From contig NC_061076.1 in the NCBI RefSeq assembly GCF_021917145.1, positions 13,032,768 to 13,096,767 of the forward strand: a stretch of 64,000 bases of DNA. Reading direction: 5' to 3'. Below, one piece after another: positions 25,805-39,345 of this stretch. The stretch comes from Hypomesus transpacificus (taxonomy: Eukaryota). Below the pieces are notes generated by a model. It was not told the origin of the DNA. It saw only the letters and a program-made list of their open reading frames with translations, and did not search any database. The translations under genes and the position numbers were made by a program. Each line of letters starts with the position of its first letter. Positions within the stretch are counted from its first letter, which is position 1.

Positions 25805-27140
25805 GGGTTAAAAATATGGAGGATTATAGGGGCCAAAACTAAATAAATAAATACTTGGATAAATAAATAATTATATAACACAAAGCTTAAATAAATGACA
25901 CAAAATATATAAATGTTACATGTATTTGTGTGTATTTATATATATATGTTTACGTTTTCATGTGTTTCATTCATTTATACTTACATTTACTTATTTATAC
26001 TTACATGTATTTATTTATACTTACATTTATGTATTTATACTTACATTTATCCACGGTGAAACTTCCTGCAGCAAAATAAATCTGTCGTCCCCTCGTCACC
26101 AAGTCAGGGGGCGGGTCAAAGCCTCTGATTGGTGAATGAACAGTATTACACACCAGGCAGGCTCAACCAGTCGATCAAGCTCTCTTCAAGCTACAGGGAT
26201 CCTCTATCGCCTCACTCTACAGCTGCTAGGGGTGTGCGACACTGCACGATGTGGTATAGATCCGATACCAAGGAGTAAATACAGGGCCAGTATTGCTAAT
26301 ACCGATACTTTGGCCTTAGAAAAGCAGTGGAGGGGCAAAGTGAGTTTGAGCGAAGTTAGACGGTGTTTGCACAACCACTATGATGTAAAGGGAGTTGTGT
26401 ACTCAGTGTGGAATGAAACTTAAGTATCGATCTTATCACGCTATCAATCAGGCTATTGATACCAACGTTGGTATCGATAGTTGCCGGGTTTCCCAACCCG
26501 GCCACTGTCGGTCTTAAGATCGATATGCCCACCCCTATGCTGTATCATCTCGCTGAGGATCGTGAACACATTTTCATTGATGTCTGTCTCAGTTAGGGCC
26601 AATATCATTCCTATAATTTCAGCGAAGCTCTCAATATGATGTAAAAAAAAAGTGAACTGGCAGGTGCCTCCATCTCTTCAGCTTCCGCCAACATTTCGAC
26701 CACTGTAGCATTCAATATTTCATTCATTGAATCCGCACAAGGTGCTGCCACCTTGGAATAGTCAAAAGCAGTCGATTCAAGTTGAACCACCAATCAGAGG
26801 CTTTGACCCGCCCCCTGACTTGGTGACGGGGGGACAACAGATTTATTTTGCTGCAGGAAGTTTCACCGTGGATAAATGTAAGTATAAATACATAAATGTA
26901 AGTATAAATAAATAAATGTAAGTATAAATAAATAAATGTAAGTATAAATGAATAAATGTAAGTATAAATGAATAAATGTAAACACATGAAAACGTAAACA
27001 TATATATATATACACACAAATACATGTAACATTTATATATTTTGTGTCATTTATTTAAGCTTTGTGTTATATAATTATTTATTTGTCCAAGTATTTATTT
27101 ATTTAGTTTTGGCCCCTATAATCCTCCATATAAAAAAGCA
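25805..27140. mobile_element. Palindromic (foldback-like) element with about 335-bp terminal inverted repeats
   Basis: The arm at 25805-26135 is the reverse complement of 26790-27140. Each arm contains 5 tandem copies of an approximately 18-bp unit (TAAATGTAAGTATAAATA...). The roughly 650-bp core has no recognisable ORF. Confidence 0.8.
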
Positions 27141-27504
27141 CTCCCTGCACCTGCGGTAAAATCCTTTATGCTACAGGCTGTGTGCACAGTTGGCTACTAG
27201 TTCTCAATAAATACATTTTAACTTATGAAACATGTAGCCTTATGGACGACTTGATTTTACTCAATAACGTATGAAAACTAGATAAAAGTCAGTGACTGCG
27301 GCGACGTAGCTACTTAGTAGGTGTGTTGTTTGGCGACAACGTCTGTCTCACAAGGCTTAGAGGCAACGTATTTATCTCAGACGTACTTAGTAGGCATAAG
27401 GTTTTTTTTATACTTTTGAACATGCGTCGCCGTGACGTCGCCACCGGTAGACGTTCCTTACATGGCGTCGCCGTCAAGTCGCCGCCAGTCTCTCGTTTGC
27501 AGTC

Positions 27505-28550
27505 CCAGGGTCGGACTGGGACTGAAAAACAGCCCAGGACTTTGAAACACAGACCGCCCCCCCCCCCCCCATCCACTTTCTCCCTTACTTTCTTTTTCCA
27601 TACTTTTCTCTGTTTCTGCCTCTGCTATTTGATTTATTGAAGAACAATAATCAGTTAACTATATTCAATAATGACAATCAATTCAACAAACTAATTTCCA
27701 TATAATATCCCTGTTAACAGACTGACTATTGTGTACAGTTTTAGTGCTGCACCTGTTATAGTCTCTCCACTGGACCCTGTCACCACAGCAGCCTCCATCT
27801 CTTTCCCTGTGTCACCTGTGCCTGGACAGAACAAAAAATCATGACATTTGCATTTGAGCCAAATAGCACATTTATTATTTAAAGCCAAAAAACATGTTGT
27901 GCATATTTAGACGAGTGCCTTTTTCTCTTGGCCATTTATTTTACTTCATTTAAAATGTATAGCCTATATATTGGCTAACAGTAATACCAAATGTATAATG
28001 TTTTTAGAAAAATTAAAACAACATGGTTTGGAATTATATTTGAATTTTCTAAATGTCAAAATTACAGCAGCTTACAGCTACTTGCACCTGGCGCCTCTGG
28101 TACGGCATCTTCGGGATGCAAACTCTCCGTCTTTTGACGGCGTAAACATGTATTCTATATTCTACATTGTGCAGCATTTGCTTGATGTGCCCGTTGTTTT
28201 TATCCTTTTCTTTTTTCCTCTCCATTTTTTTGCTAAAGAAACAACGATGTTAGCTAAAATAGCTCCAACGAATTGGCTGTACCCGGAAGACGATTGATTT
28301 TTGACCAATCGTGATCTGTAAAATGGACTGTGCACCGTTGGAGTTTACACGGGGAAAATGCCCACCCCCACCCTTTGGATTTTGGATCGCTGAAGTTAAA
28401 CAGTTGAATGGTATTAAGGCCGTCCTCAAAGTGAGCGTAAACTATTAGGATTTATTTCTTGAATAGTGTCGTGGCCGTAGCGGCCGTTTGTTTGACCGGC
28501 CGTTCGGGAAATCTCCCGAGTCTCCCGATGTCCAGTCCGACCCTAGTCCT
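27505..28550. mobile_element. MITE-like element with TIR CTAGGGTCGGACTGG
   Basis: The left end at 27505 is CAGGGTCGGACTGGGACTG. The right end at 28521-28550 is CCAGTCCGACCCTAG. A partial second copy lies at 21440-22215 and is interrupted by a LINE fragment. Confidence 0.55.
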
Positions 28551-29329
28551 ATTCAAACATCCACATGGTCTGGCGGCGACGTATGGTTAGGCTGCTCCTT
28601 ATCCATCTCCTGGTAAGCCTAGGAATGTCCCTTTCCGCACCCCATACTCAGAGCCGTTTTCAACTCCTCCCCGACTGCAAGCGGCCACTCTCGCCGGTCG
28701 TTTCATGCAGCCATAGTCCATGTCGAACGGACCTATTGTTCTGTAAAGCACGTGATGTACAACCCGTCTTCCGGAAAACTGCCTAGCATTTTACAGGCAG
28801 GCACGCCCCCAAACACACAATTAGTTTGTGATACCTATGTATCGCAGGTAGCAGTGAAATCCAGGAGGCAAGGAATCAAGACATTTAATTCAAGGTAAGA
28901 TTACTTTAGCGTACTTCAAGTGAAAAGGCTCTATGCCTACATTGTTCTGCTCTCATAGCACAATTATCAAATTAAACAAATCAACACTTCATAGTCAAGG
29001 CTCAGTATGTGGTAGGAGTGCATGTGTGTTAAAAAAAGTGTGCAAGAACAGCCCATGACGCACCTTTCAAACTTATTTGCATTTCGAATGAACTCATTCT
29101 GTAGGCCAAGGGATGTGATTACACTTGAGTTATGCTTCTGTGCTCTCTAGCATAAACATTATTTAAAAATTATTGGCTTTGTGAAATATTTAGGCAGATA
29201 TGTAAATAGGTAGGTGAAAGCAACTTTGAAAACCATTGCTGTTCTTCAAGCTACAGTAGGCAGCAAAGTATGGCCTCAGAAGATCATTTACTCATTTATG
29301 GAGCCACACCCAGACTAAATGCTCATACA

Positions 29330-29640
29330 GCCTGGAATTTCACAACACGGATATTTTCCATGCTTTTGTCTCTCACAAGTGCAAACTGCCGATAATGCAG
29401 TCAGTGATGTTGGTGAGACACGTACACAGAGATTCCAGGAACTGTAGATTGATAGTGCGCAGTGCCTGTGATGAAGTAGGTGGAACACACACACAGATTC
29501 CTGGAATAAAAAATAAGGCACAGTGCCCATAATGCAGTTAATGAGTAAGATGTCAGAGACACGCACAGATTTCTTGAATGATTGATAGATAGTGCAGTGC
29601 CTGTGATGCAGTGGAAGATGACAGTTGTTCTCAGTGGCTT
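29330..29640. repeat. Minisatellite, about 95-bp unit x3
   Basis: Three divergent units share ...GCAGTGCCTGTGATGAAGT...ACACAGATTCC...GAAT.... The minus-strand ORF at 29315-29668 that overlaps it is an artefact. Confidence 0.7.
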
Positions 29641-29714
29641 TGGTACTAATCACAATTGAAATTCTCAAAAGTACCTTTTTAACCTCAGCATCATCTAGTC
29701 ACTTATGCACATCA

Positions 29715-32175
29715 TAAAAGTAGGGCTGTCAAACGATTAAATCGCGATTAATCGCATTAATGTCATAGTTAACTCGCGATTAATCACACATTTTCATCTA
29801 TTCTAAATGTCCCTTGATTTCTTTTCGTCCAATTCTTTTTCCTCATTTTAATGCTCTTATCAACATGGATAGGGGATTGGATTGCTTGGTGCAAATGTTT
29901 ATTTTATTTTATTGAAAACAACATTGCAATCTCCTGGCTTTGACGAGGGTCAAAGAATTCGCATCAGCTGTGTGCTTGGCCATCAAGTTGTATTTCAGAC
30001 TGGACATGCTGTGATGATAGCTCAGTTCACAATTACAAAACACACGGATCACTTTGGTCTTGTCAATGGATTTGGGAACTTTTTAAAATTAAACTTTCCA
30101 TTCAGAATCTTATTGGCATCCATTTCGGCGTCTTGTGCTCGCCATCCACTCAAAACGTAACGTTAGCCTACTACTCTTAAGCCGGCTTGCAAGCCCAAAC
30201 AAGTGTGTGCGTAGGGCTGCACAATTAATCAAATTTTAATCATGATCACGATTGCGGCTTCCCACGATCAAATTCACGTGATCGAGCGATATTTAAAATG
30301 TGTCATTCCGTTAATAGAACGCTCCGTATCAGTTATTTTTTGCAAAGCCAATCTAGCTGTCCGTAAACCAATAGGTGCGTTCGTCATCGGTTGCGGCTTC
30401 ATGAAATGACCAGCGAGAGTTGCCGCTTGCAATCGGGGAGGAGTTATAAACGGCTCTGTAAAGTCGGAAAATTTGTCATTTAATGTATTGGGCTATGATA
30501 AACTCTCTCCAATCTGTAGGCTGCAGCTGGCTGCGGCGCTGCATGGAGTTGAATACACCTATTATCTGATCACGAGATGTTCCCTGCACCACACAGCTTA
30601 GGCCCTGTCCTCACTAAAGCCCAAGTAAATTTAAAAACGCATACATATGTCTGCGTTTGCACCTCCAGTCCACACTAATACGGCGTATTCGGACACTGAA
30701 AACTGAACTTTTCGAATACTCTCCCCTAGCATAGAGTTACTATAACTAGAGTAAGCTACTTTTGTCTTCCAAGATGGCGTCCCCATTCATTTCTATGAAA
30801 AGTGCTCAGTGGCACAGTGAGGCAAGCGAGAGCGCGAGACTGGACGCAGCCATCTTTCCACTTCCGTGTCTTCCTGTCTAGCTTTAAACAGTGGCTCTTT
30901 TTTCCCTAGCTCCGAGAGCTCATGTAAATCGGCTATCGGCCAATGTGAACTTTTGTGCTCGTGCCCTGTTAGTATCCGCCAGCACATTTGTAGGCAACTT
31001 TCATTGACTAAGCAAATAAATGGGTTGCTAGTTTACCCATTTCGGATTGGTTTCAAACTAAGTAAAAATCTGGAAAAATTATTGTATAAAAAACCTAGTA
31101 GTATGAGCCAAGTTTGAGAATCAAACAAAAATTATTGGGGGAGATAGTTTTGTAAATGTTGAATGGAGTTAATAGAAAAAAACGACCGGAAGAGTCGGAA
31201 ACCTAACCGTACATGCAATACCACCTACATCCACCGGGGCCGTTGCTTCAAGCCGAGGGGCGAGGGGTGGGGGCTTGTCCCCTAGCCGGAGACATTTGAA
31301 AACGCCGGGTTCGCGTAGTAGTGTGGACGGGGTCCACGGAGCTTTTCAGATACGATGACGTTCAGTTGCTATGGCATTGGGTGTAGCTTTCGCTCTATAG
31401 CTATAATGTCAAGATGAACATAGAAGGTGAAAGAAATATGCTGCTCCATCTCTATAATTTATTTACCAGTTTAGTTAGTGTACTAAGTATCACATAATAG
31501 ATACGCGTTACTCCTACGCAGAAGGCGAGTGTTGTACCCGGTGTGCCTGAACAAGGCAGAGTTTAAACCTAACATAGTGTCGATTCTGGGTGAGACCTGG
31601 CTGAGCTGGTGGGAAAAAACACCAAATAGTATTGCCAGAGGAGTATGTAAACAGGGCACCGTGGCGTGAGGGAGGGGCAGGAGTGGCGTAATCATGACAA
31701 CGATTGTCATGTACCCGTGTTAGTGTGGACGGCAAACATTTGGAAAACGATATGAAAACGCTTGTGTGGATGGAGATTGTTTTTTATTGATTGTAGATTT
31801 TGAGTTTTATTCACATCCACTCTGCAGGTACAATGCATTGTGACAATCAAATTTGATTAAGTTAAAATCAACAAATAATTGTGATAATTAAACGTGATCT
31901 CAATATCGATCAAAATAATTGTGATTATCATTTTGGCCATAATCGTGCAGCCTTAGTGTGCGGCGTGCCTGTTGTTTTGTTTCCGGTCTAGCTAGATCCG
32001 CTGTGGTGTTGTAGTTTTTCTAACGTCGGTAGTTGTTGCAACAGCATGTGAAAAAAAATACAATGTTTGCTAGGCCAAAAAGAACGTTAATCGCGCGATA
32101 AAAAAAATGTATGCAGTTAAAATGGGTTAGCGTTAACGCCGTTAATAACGCGTTAAACTGACAGCACTGCATAAA
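29715..32175 (-). mobile_element. hAT-type non-autonomous element (inverted copy of the 7676-8440 family) split by a nested hAT-like insertion at 30213-31963
   Basis: The stretch 29715-30212 is the reverse complement of 7930-8440, and 31964-32175 is the reverse complement of 7676-7900. The inserted element has TIRs TAGGGCTGCACAATTAATC at 30213 and GATTATGGCC...GCTGCACGATTATGG at 31963. Confidence 0.7.
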
Positions 32176-33629
32176 AGCAATTTCTCATTCATTTAAACAT
32201 ATTGCCCATTCTCTGGTATACTCATGCAGATGATTACGTAGCCAACAATTGTCTGCTGTTTCCTACATTTTTAGTTAATCCTATTTTTATTGCTTCCTAC
32301 AGGTACACCTGCACTTAGAGATTAATGTTGTGTAATTTTAACTTGTTTAACTACATGCTCTTATGGTTTCTTCCCTTTAGCACTATTTTTTGGTTGATCA
32401 CAATATGTACTTCTTGTTTTTGACTACCCGCAATGCTGTGGGGCTATCTTGTTGTTATTATCAGTGACCTATGCACTTTGTGAAGCTCTCTCTTGGAAGT
32501 CGCTTTGGATAAAAGCGTCTGCTAAATGAATAAATGTAAATGTACATTATTAATAGCTAATGTCATGTTGATCAAAATGTATAATATATGTTCTCTGTAA
32601 AATGTTCTTACCCCCACAAACATCTAGTTCATGTACAACGGTTGAGCCAGCTGTCATAATTGTAGGCCTAATTTACTAAACAGTTCTGCGTAAGGGGTGT
32701 TTGCTTAACATTAGAATTTTTTATTTTGTGCTATGCATTGCTGTAAAATAGTCTTGCATTTTCTGTATCACATTGACTTAAGACACCGACAACTGACGAG
32801 GAGGCAGTTTAATCAGTGTATCTGTTTTTCAATGTGTTTTTTTGGATTCTCAGTAAAAAAAACTGATAGTTTTTGGATTCTCCCAAAAAATGACAATAAT
32901 AATCAGACCCTCCAGGAATTTGCAATGTTGCGATCGCACCGATTCACACAATTCCCAGCGAATTCAGCGCGCCTCGGAGAGGGCGTTCCACGTAGACGAG
33001 GGCGTTCCCATGTGTCCGTTTTTTGGAAAACGGAGAACCCTTAATCAGCCTGACAATAAGCCTGCCCCGGACCACGCTAGTTTTGAAGCATAAATTACTA
33101 TAGTAATTAGGGCTGCAACAACGAATCGCTTAAATCGCTTAAAATCCATTATTAAAAGCGTTGGCAACAAATTTTATTATCGAGAAACCGTCTTTGTGTG
33201 GAACTTCTGTAGTAAAGAACATGAAAGGACCATCAAAAGAGTACAACGGAGGGGAATCAGGATTTTCTCACTGGGGGTAGATGCAGTGTACCACCTCTAC
33301 CAACCCTGAAGGATAGACGGGAGACGGCTACAGTGAAACTGCTGAAAAGCATGCTTGAGGAAAGCCACCCTCTGCATGACCTCATTCCACCAACAAGGAC
33401 TAGGGCCACAGGGTGGATTCTAAGAATTAACTCGGCATCCCGATTTGCGAATTTCATGAAAAAAAATTTGGCCATTAGGGCCGGCCCAAGCCTTTATGGG
33501 GCCTTAAGCAGAATTGATTTCGGGGCCCCTCGGTGACGCCAATACAATTGATTACTACATACAATTTATTTTTAATGCTTGATTATTTGCACACTATTAA
33601 TCTAATGCACTAATTTCATGTGCTCTTAC

Positions 33630-36200
33630 ATTTACATTCATTCATTTAGCAGACGCTTTTATCCAAAGCGACTTCCAAGAGAGAGCTTTACAAAGTGCAT
33701 AGGTCACTGATAATAACAACAAGATAGCCCCAAAGCATTGCAGGTAGCCAAAAACAAAAGTACACATTGTGAACAACCAAAAATAAGTGCTAAAGGGGAG
33801 AAACCATAAGAGCATGTAGTTAAGTAAATTACAATTACACGACATGAATCTCTAAGTGCAAGTGTACCTGTAGGAAAGCAATAAAAATAGGATTAAATAT
33901 AATACAACAGTTTAAATCAGCTACCACTAACCAACAAGAGCAACAGTCTAAGCAAGAGTCATTGTGATCCTTGAGGAAACTAGCGTTGGGTTCAACAAAC
34001 CATTCCTAAGTACCGTTGTACTCCCGGAACAAGTGCGTCTTGAGCCTTCTCTTGAAGGTGGAGAGACAGTCTGTGTCTCTGATGGAGGTGGGGAGGTGAT
34101 TCCACCACTGGGGGGCCAGGCAGGAGAAGAGCTTGTGTTGGGACCGGGCGGTCTTGAGCGGTGGGACCACCAGGCGGTTGTCTGAAGAAGACCGTAGGTG
34201 GCGGGTGGGGGTGTAAGGCTGCAGGAGAGACTTGATGTAGTCGGGTGCAGTCCCGTTCACTGCTCGGAAGGTCAGTACCAGGGTCTTGAATCTGATGCGG
34301 GCCGTTATGGGTAGCCAGTGGAGGGAGATGAGGAGCGGGGTAACGTGGGAGCGTCTGGGTAGATTGTAGACCAGGCGGGCCGCTGCGTTCTGAATCCTCC
34401 GAAGAGGGCGGGTTGCGCATGCTGGTAGACCGGCGAGCAGCGAGTTGCAGTAGTCCAACTTGGAGAGGACTATTGCTTGGACAAGCAGCTGGGTGGAGTG
34501 CTCAGACAGGTATCTCCTGATCTTCCCGATGTTGTAGAGGGTGAATCTACACGACCGGGAGACCGCAGCAATGTGGGCCGTGAGGGAGAGCTCGTCATCC
34601 ATGGTAACCCCAAGGTTCCTGGCAGAGGATAAGGGGGTCACCGTCGCAGATCCCAGGGTGATTGAGAGGTCGTGGGAGATGGAGGGTTTGGCCGGGATGA
34701 TGAGAAGTTCCGTTTTGGCAAGGTTCAGCTGGAGGTGGCGCTCGGTCATCCAGGCGGAGATGTCTGCGAGGCAGGCCTCAATCCTAGCTGAGATCCCCGG
34801 ATCGGTCGGGGGGAACGACAGGTACAGCTGCGTGTCATCAGCGTAGCAGTGGTAGGAGAAGCCATGGGAGGTGATGATTGGTCCAAGTGAGGTGGTGTAC
34901 AGAGAGAAGAGGAGGGGTCCAAGGACGGAGCCCTGTGGGACACCAGTGGAGAGCTGGCGAGGGTCTGACACTTTGCCTCCCCAGGAGACCTGGTATGATC
35001 TTCCCGACAGGTAGGATGAGATCCACTGGAGTGCAGTGCCAGTGATCCCCATCTCAGAAAGTCTGGAGAGCAGGATCTGGTGGTTAACCGTATCAAACGC
35101 CGCAGAAAGGTCCAGCAGAATGATGACGGATGACCTCGAAGCCGCTCTGGCAGACTGGAGGGCAGTGGTGACTGAAAGGAGGGCAGTCTCTGTGGAGTGT
35201 CCGGTCTTGAAGCCCGATTGGTTGGGGTCAAGCAGGTTGTTCTGAGAAAGAAAGTTAGACAGTTGGTTAGATACAGCACGTTCAATTGTTTTAGAGAAGA
35301 AGGGTAACAGTGATACCGGTCTGTAGTTCTGGAGGACGGCAGGGTTAAGGGAGGGTTTTTTGAGTAGAGGGGTAACTCTGGCCTGTTTGAAGGCAGAGGG
35401 GAAGGTGCCAGAGGTAAGAGAGGAGTTTAGAACATGGAGCAGAAAAGTTATGATCAAGGGGGAGATGGTTTGAAAGAGAGGGGAGGGGACAGGATCAAGG
35501 GGACAGGAGGTGGGGCGATGAGAGAGAATGAGGTCAGAGAGCTCTGCCTCGGACAGGGGAGAGAAAGAGTTTAGACATTTAGTTGGGTCAGTCATGGAGG
35601 GTGAGGGGGTAGGAAAGGTGGGTTTAGGGAACCGACTGCTAATGTCGGCGACTTTTTTCTCAAAGAAGGAGGAGAAGTCGTCTGCTGTCAGGATGGAGGG
35701 AGGGGGTGGGGGAGGTGGGTTAAGAAGGTTGGAGAAGGTAGAGAAAGGTTTGTGGGGGTTTGAAGCAGAGTTAATTATGTTAAGAAAGTAGAGGGTTTTA
35801 GCACCAGTTATGTGAGAAGAGAAGGATTTAAGGAGGGAGTGATACTTATCAAGGTCCAGATCGTCTTTGGACTTGCGCCATCTCTTCTCAGCTGCTCGAA
35901 GGGTGGACCGTTCTTCACGAATAACATCCGTAAGCCACGGGCAGGAGGGAAAAGATCGTGCAGGCTTTGTTGACAGGGGACAGAGAGAGTCAAGTGATGT
36001 AGTTAAAGTGGTTAACAAGGTGTCGGTGGCAGTGTTAGTGGGGTGGGACGAGAACTCGTCAATGGCCTCTTGTGGGCCCTCTGATGGCCAAAGGGGCCCT
36101 AAGCAGCCGCTTAGTTCGCTTATGTCTTGGACCAGCTCTGTCGGCCATACTGCAGTGTTTCCGCTATGTTGGCCCACCACGGCAACATTTCTGCAGTATC
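33630..36200 (-). mobile_element. L2-like non-LTR retrotransposon, 5'-truncated, with an intact 724-aa reverse-transcriptase ORF (34006-36180) and a SINE-like 3' UTR/tail
   Basis: The ORF contains the RT motifs ...LLDLSAAFDTVNHQILLSRL..., [16 protein letters not shown] and YADDTQLY. It ends with the C-terminal LHWLPI.ARIRFKTLVLTFRAVNGTAPDYIKSLL...RLKTHLF domain. No stop codon interrupts its 2.17 kb. Confidence 0.85.
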
Positions 36201-37424
36201 AGAAATAGGGCTGTACAAAATTTTAGGCCGTCTATCAGCAGTGATTGTTAGAAAGCATATCAGATGATAGCACGGACACGCGCTTCACAGCGCAGTTGAG
36301 ATTGCATGTGTGCATCCTTGAGAACTGTAGAACTAAGATGAGAACTAAGTCGTATAACTTATGTTGTCAGTTAATTTAAGCCTGTTTTCGTATTAGTCTA
36401 TAGTTCTTGCTAATTTAAATTAAGTTAACTGGTGATTTTCATTGTTTGTAGGCTATTCTTCCCCTGCTAGCGAAATTGCACATGTCGATTCAATAGTGAT
36501 TGCTGCCCTTGTTCACGTTTGTATTTTAGGTGCATTATTATGCTGAAGTAGTTTTAATTAATAAATAGTGGGTATATCGTTATTATTAGCTACTAGAATG
36601 CTTAGCCTATCAAGATCAAATGAAGCAGACAGTGTACAAGCTTCCGAGTGGCCCCTTAATTGATAGTCTAGGCTACTGACCATTTACAATAAGTTATTAA
36701 GTCAATTATTCATTGGCAGCATTTATGCCATTTAGAACATACTATATGACTGTAGGGTGTCATTAAGTTGCCTAACTTTATTTCTTTCGGGGAAATAAGA
36801 CAAAAATATGTGCAATTTTACATGAGCTATTAGACTGTTACATTAACCTGCTCCAAAATATAGGGTTAGGGTTCACACTTTGTTTCGGCCGGGGAGGGGG
36901 GGGGGGGGGGTCGGACAGACCTGCCCCCACTGCAAAAAAAAAAATCCTAGAGGAAACACTGTACTGTATGTATATGTATGTGCGAACTTGAACAATTATT
37001 TACGAGCACGGTGCGCGAGTGACGGGCTGTTATCAATACACAAAACAACATTGCGATGAAGTGAAGCACCATTGATTTCACATGGAAAGCAAGCGACGGA
37101 GTCGCGACTAACATCTCATAATGACGCGTGAGCGACGATTCGCTACCAATGGGCCAGAGCCACATAAAAAGAGAGTTATGACACTCTTGATCTCGCCAAC
37201 ACATGATCACTTGGTTTAAGTAGCTCGCAAAAAAAAACCCACTGCTGTCAACCTGTTTGGTTTTCAATAGAACAGACAGTAGCAGCATCTTCCAAATGAT
37301 GATGTGTCTTTGGGCAAGGCACTTCACCCTCCTTGCCTCGGGGGGAATGTCCCTGTACTTACTGTAAGTCGCTCTGGATAAGAGCGTCTGCTAAATGACT
37401 AAATGTAAATGTAAATGTAATGTA

Positions 37425-39345
37425 AATAAATAGAGAAATACATACATAAATAAATATGGCTATGAAATAAACTCTGAAATAAAATAAAGATGGCAATAAA
37501 TAGATAAATATAGCTTTATATAATTATATAGCTGAATCCATTTACCAACATCAATAAATAAATAAATGTATTTATTTCAAAATGACGTTTTTGTAAAGAT
37601 AACATTTATTTATTTCATTGGACTTTTATTTCCTAATGCCACGTGTATTTATTTTTGAGACATTTACACACCACATTTATTTCCACATATATTTCCACAC
37701 CACATTTATCTCCACACCACATTTATTTCTGTGCTGTATTTGTTTCCGATCTCACATGCAAACGAGAGGAGCGTGGTTATCTTCAGACCAACGCAGCTGC
37801 ACACAATATCGAAGGCAGATAGGGACACCTAGATTCGGTAGATAATGGAAGACATTAGCCATGTCAGAGATCGCATACTGGCCTTATAGATCAAATTGAT
37901 CAGCATGGCTTGTCAGGATATATTATTTTGGCACACATAGTAGATTTTGTAGAGGTACTTGGGCGGATAAGTGCTCTACAGAACATAGATATTGAAGTCT
38001 TAAATAGTTTGAGACTCATCGAGCACTGTTCGTGTGCAAGATGTACAGGTAGTGGGGGGGTGATTAGTGCCAGGTAATGTTAGCTAACACAGCAAGCAAC
38101 CGTCGCTACGCCTAAAGGCTGAAATATGCTTCTGCGTCTCCATTTACGGATGGGCGGGCGCACGGATACGCACGGATACGGACGGATAGACTGCGTTTAT
38201 GGTTCTCCGTAGGCTGTGGGTGCTGAAAACAATTCACCGCCAGAAGAGTAGGTGGAGCAACGGTTTTTTGTGAGACGTAGTCGAGTGTTTATTTACCTAG
38301 GTTACCGAGAAGTCTGAGAAAATTTACAAATTAGCCGTTTCATCAATAAAATATGCACATTTTCAGCAACTGCACTGCCCATTTCTCGTCACAGTTTGCC
38401 TAGTCCTACTTCGCTCATGCTTACGTGCTGGGTTGAAAAATGAATATTTATTAACTATAAGAATCACAACCAAATCGAATGACATTATTTTCTCCGGCCA
38501 AGACAACAAAATATAATATTTCTCTGTTGCACCGTTCCCCACTCAGCTTCTATGTAAGTTCGCACGCTGCAAGTTTTCAGGCAGTGATAAGCGCGCTCTG
38601 ATGATTTGCATGTTAAACAAACAATATTTTTTATTTGTAGTACATTGTAAGAGATACTAAATACCATCGGCATTTGGTTACAACAGGACTGGTGATACGA
38701 GTCTTATTATTAGTAGGCTATTAGCGGCTGAATCTGCCATGTCCAGCAGCCATTGAGTCGGATCGCAAAAATGTCTGGGGTTTTTTTTGTGTGAAAAAAA
38801 AAAGCTTTTCAAATTTCGATTAGTCGATTTTCAGACGTTTTAGTCGAGTCTTGGTCGACCAAAGAAAATCTTAGTCGGGGACAGCCCAGTGTTTCCCACA
38901 CATAGACTAATTACTGGCAGTGCGCCACAGAATCAACACCGGCCGCCACATATTGCGTTTCGTCTAATTTTTTTATCTGAAGATAACCATGCCCCTCTCG
39001 TTTGCATGTGAGATCGGAAATAAATACAGCACACAAATAAAATTCCACAAATAAAATGTGGAAATAAATGTGGTGTGGAAATAAATGTGGTGCGTAAAAG
39101 TCTCTAAAAATAAATAAATGTGGCATTAGGAAATAAAAGTCCCATGAAATAAATAAATGTCTGTACAAAAACGTAATTTTGAAATCAATAAATGTATTTA
39201 TTTATTGATGTCGGTAAATGGATTTAGCTATATAATTATATAAAGCTATATTTATCTATTTTTGCCATATTTTTTTTTCCAGAGTTTATTTCATAGCCAT
39301 ATTTATTTATGTATGTATTTATCTATTTATTTACCTGTTTATTTA
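37425..39345. repeat. Large inverted-repeat structure: arms of about 390 bp (37425-37810 and 38950-39345) flanking a nested hAT-like MITE copy (38380-38890)
   Basis: The stretch 37560-37800 is the reverse complement of 38960-39200. The AT-rich arms carry (AAATAAATA)-type motifs. Confidence 0.7.

Noticed and set aside
29315-29668. 117-aa minus ORF
   Set aside because: It lies entirely within the 95-bp-unit minisatellite and its reading frame is a repeat artefact.
34541-35791. Several + strand ORFs (101, 69 and 87 aa) inside 34006-36180
   Set aside because: They are antisense to the 724-aa L2-like RT ORF and have no motifs.
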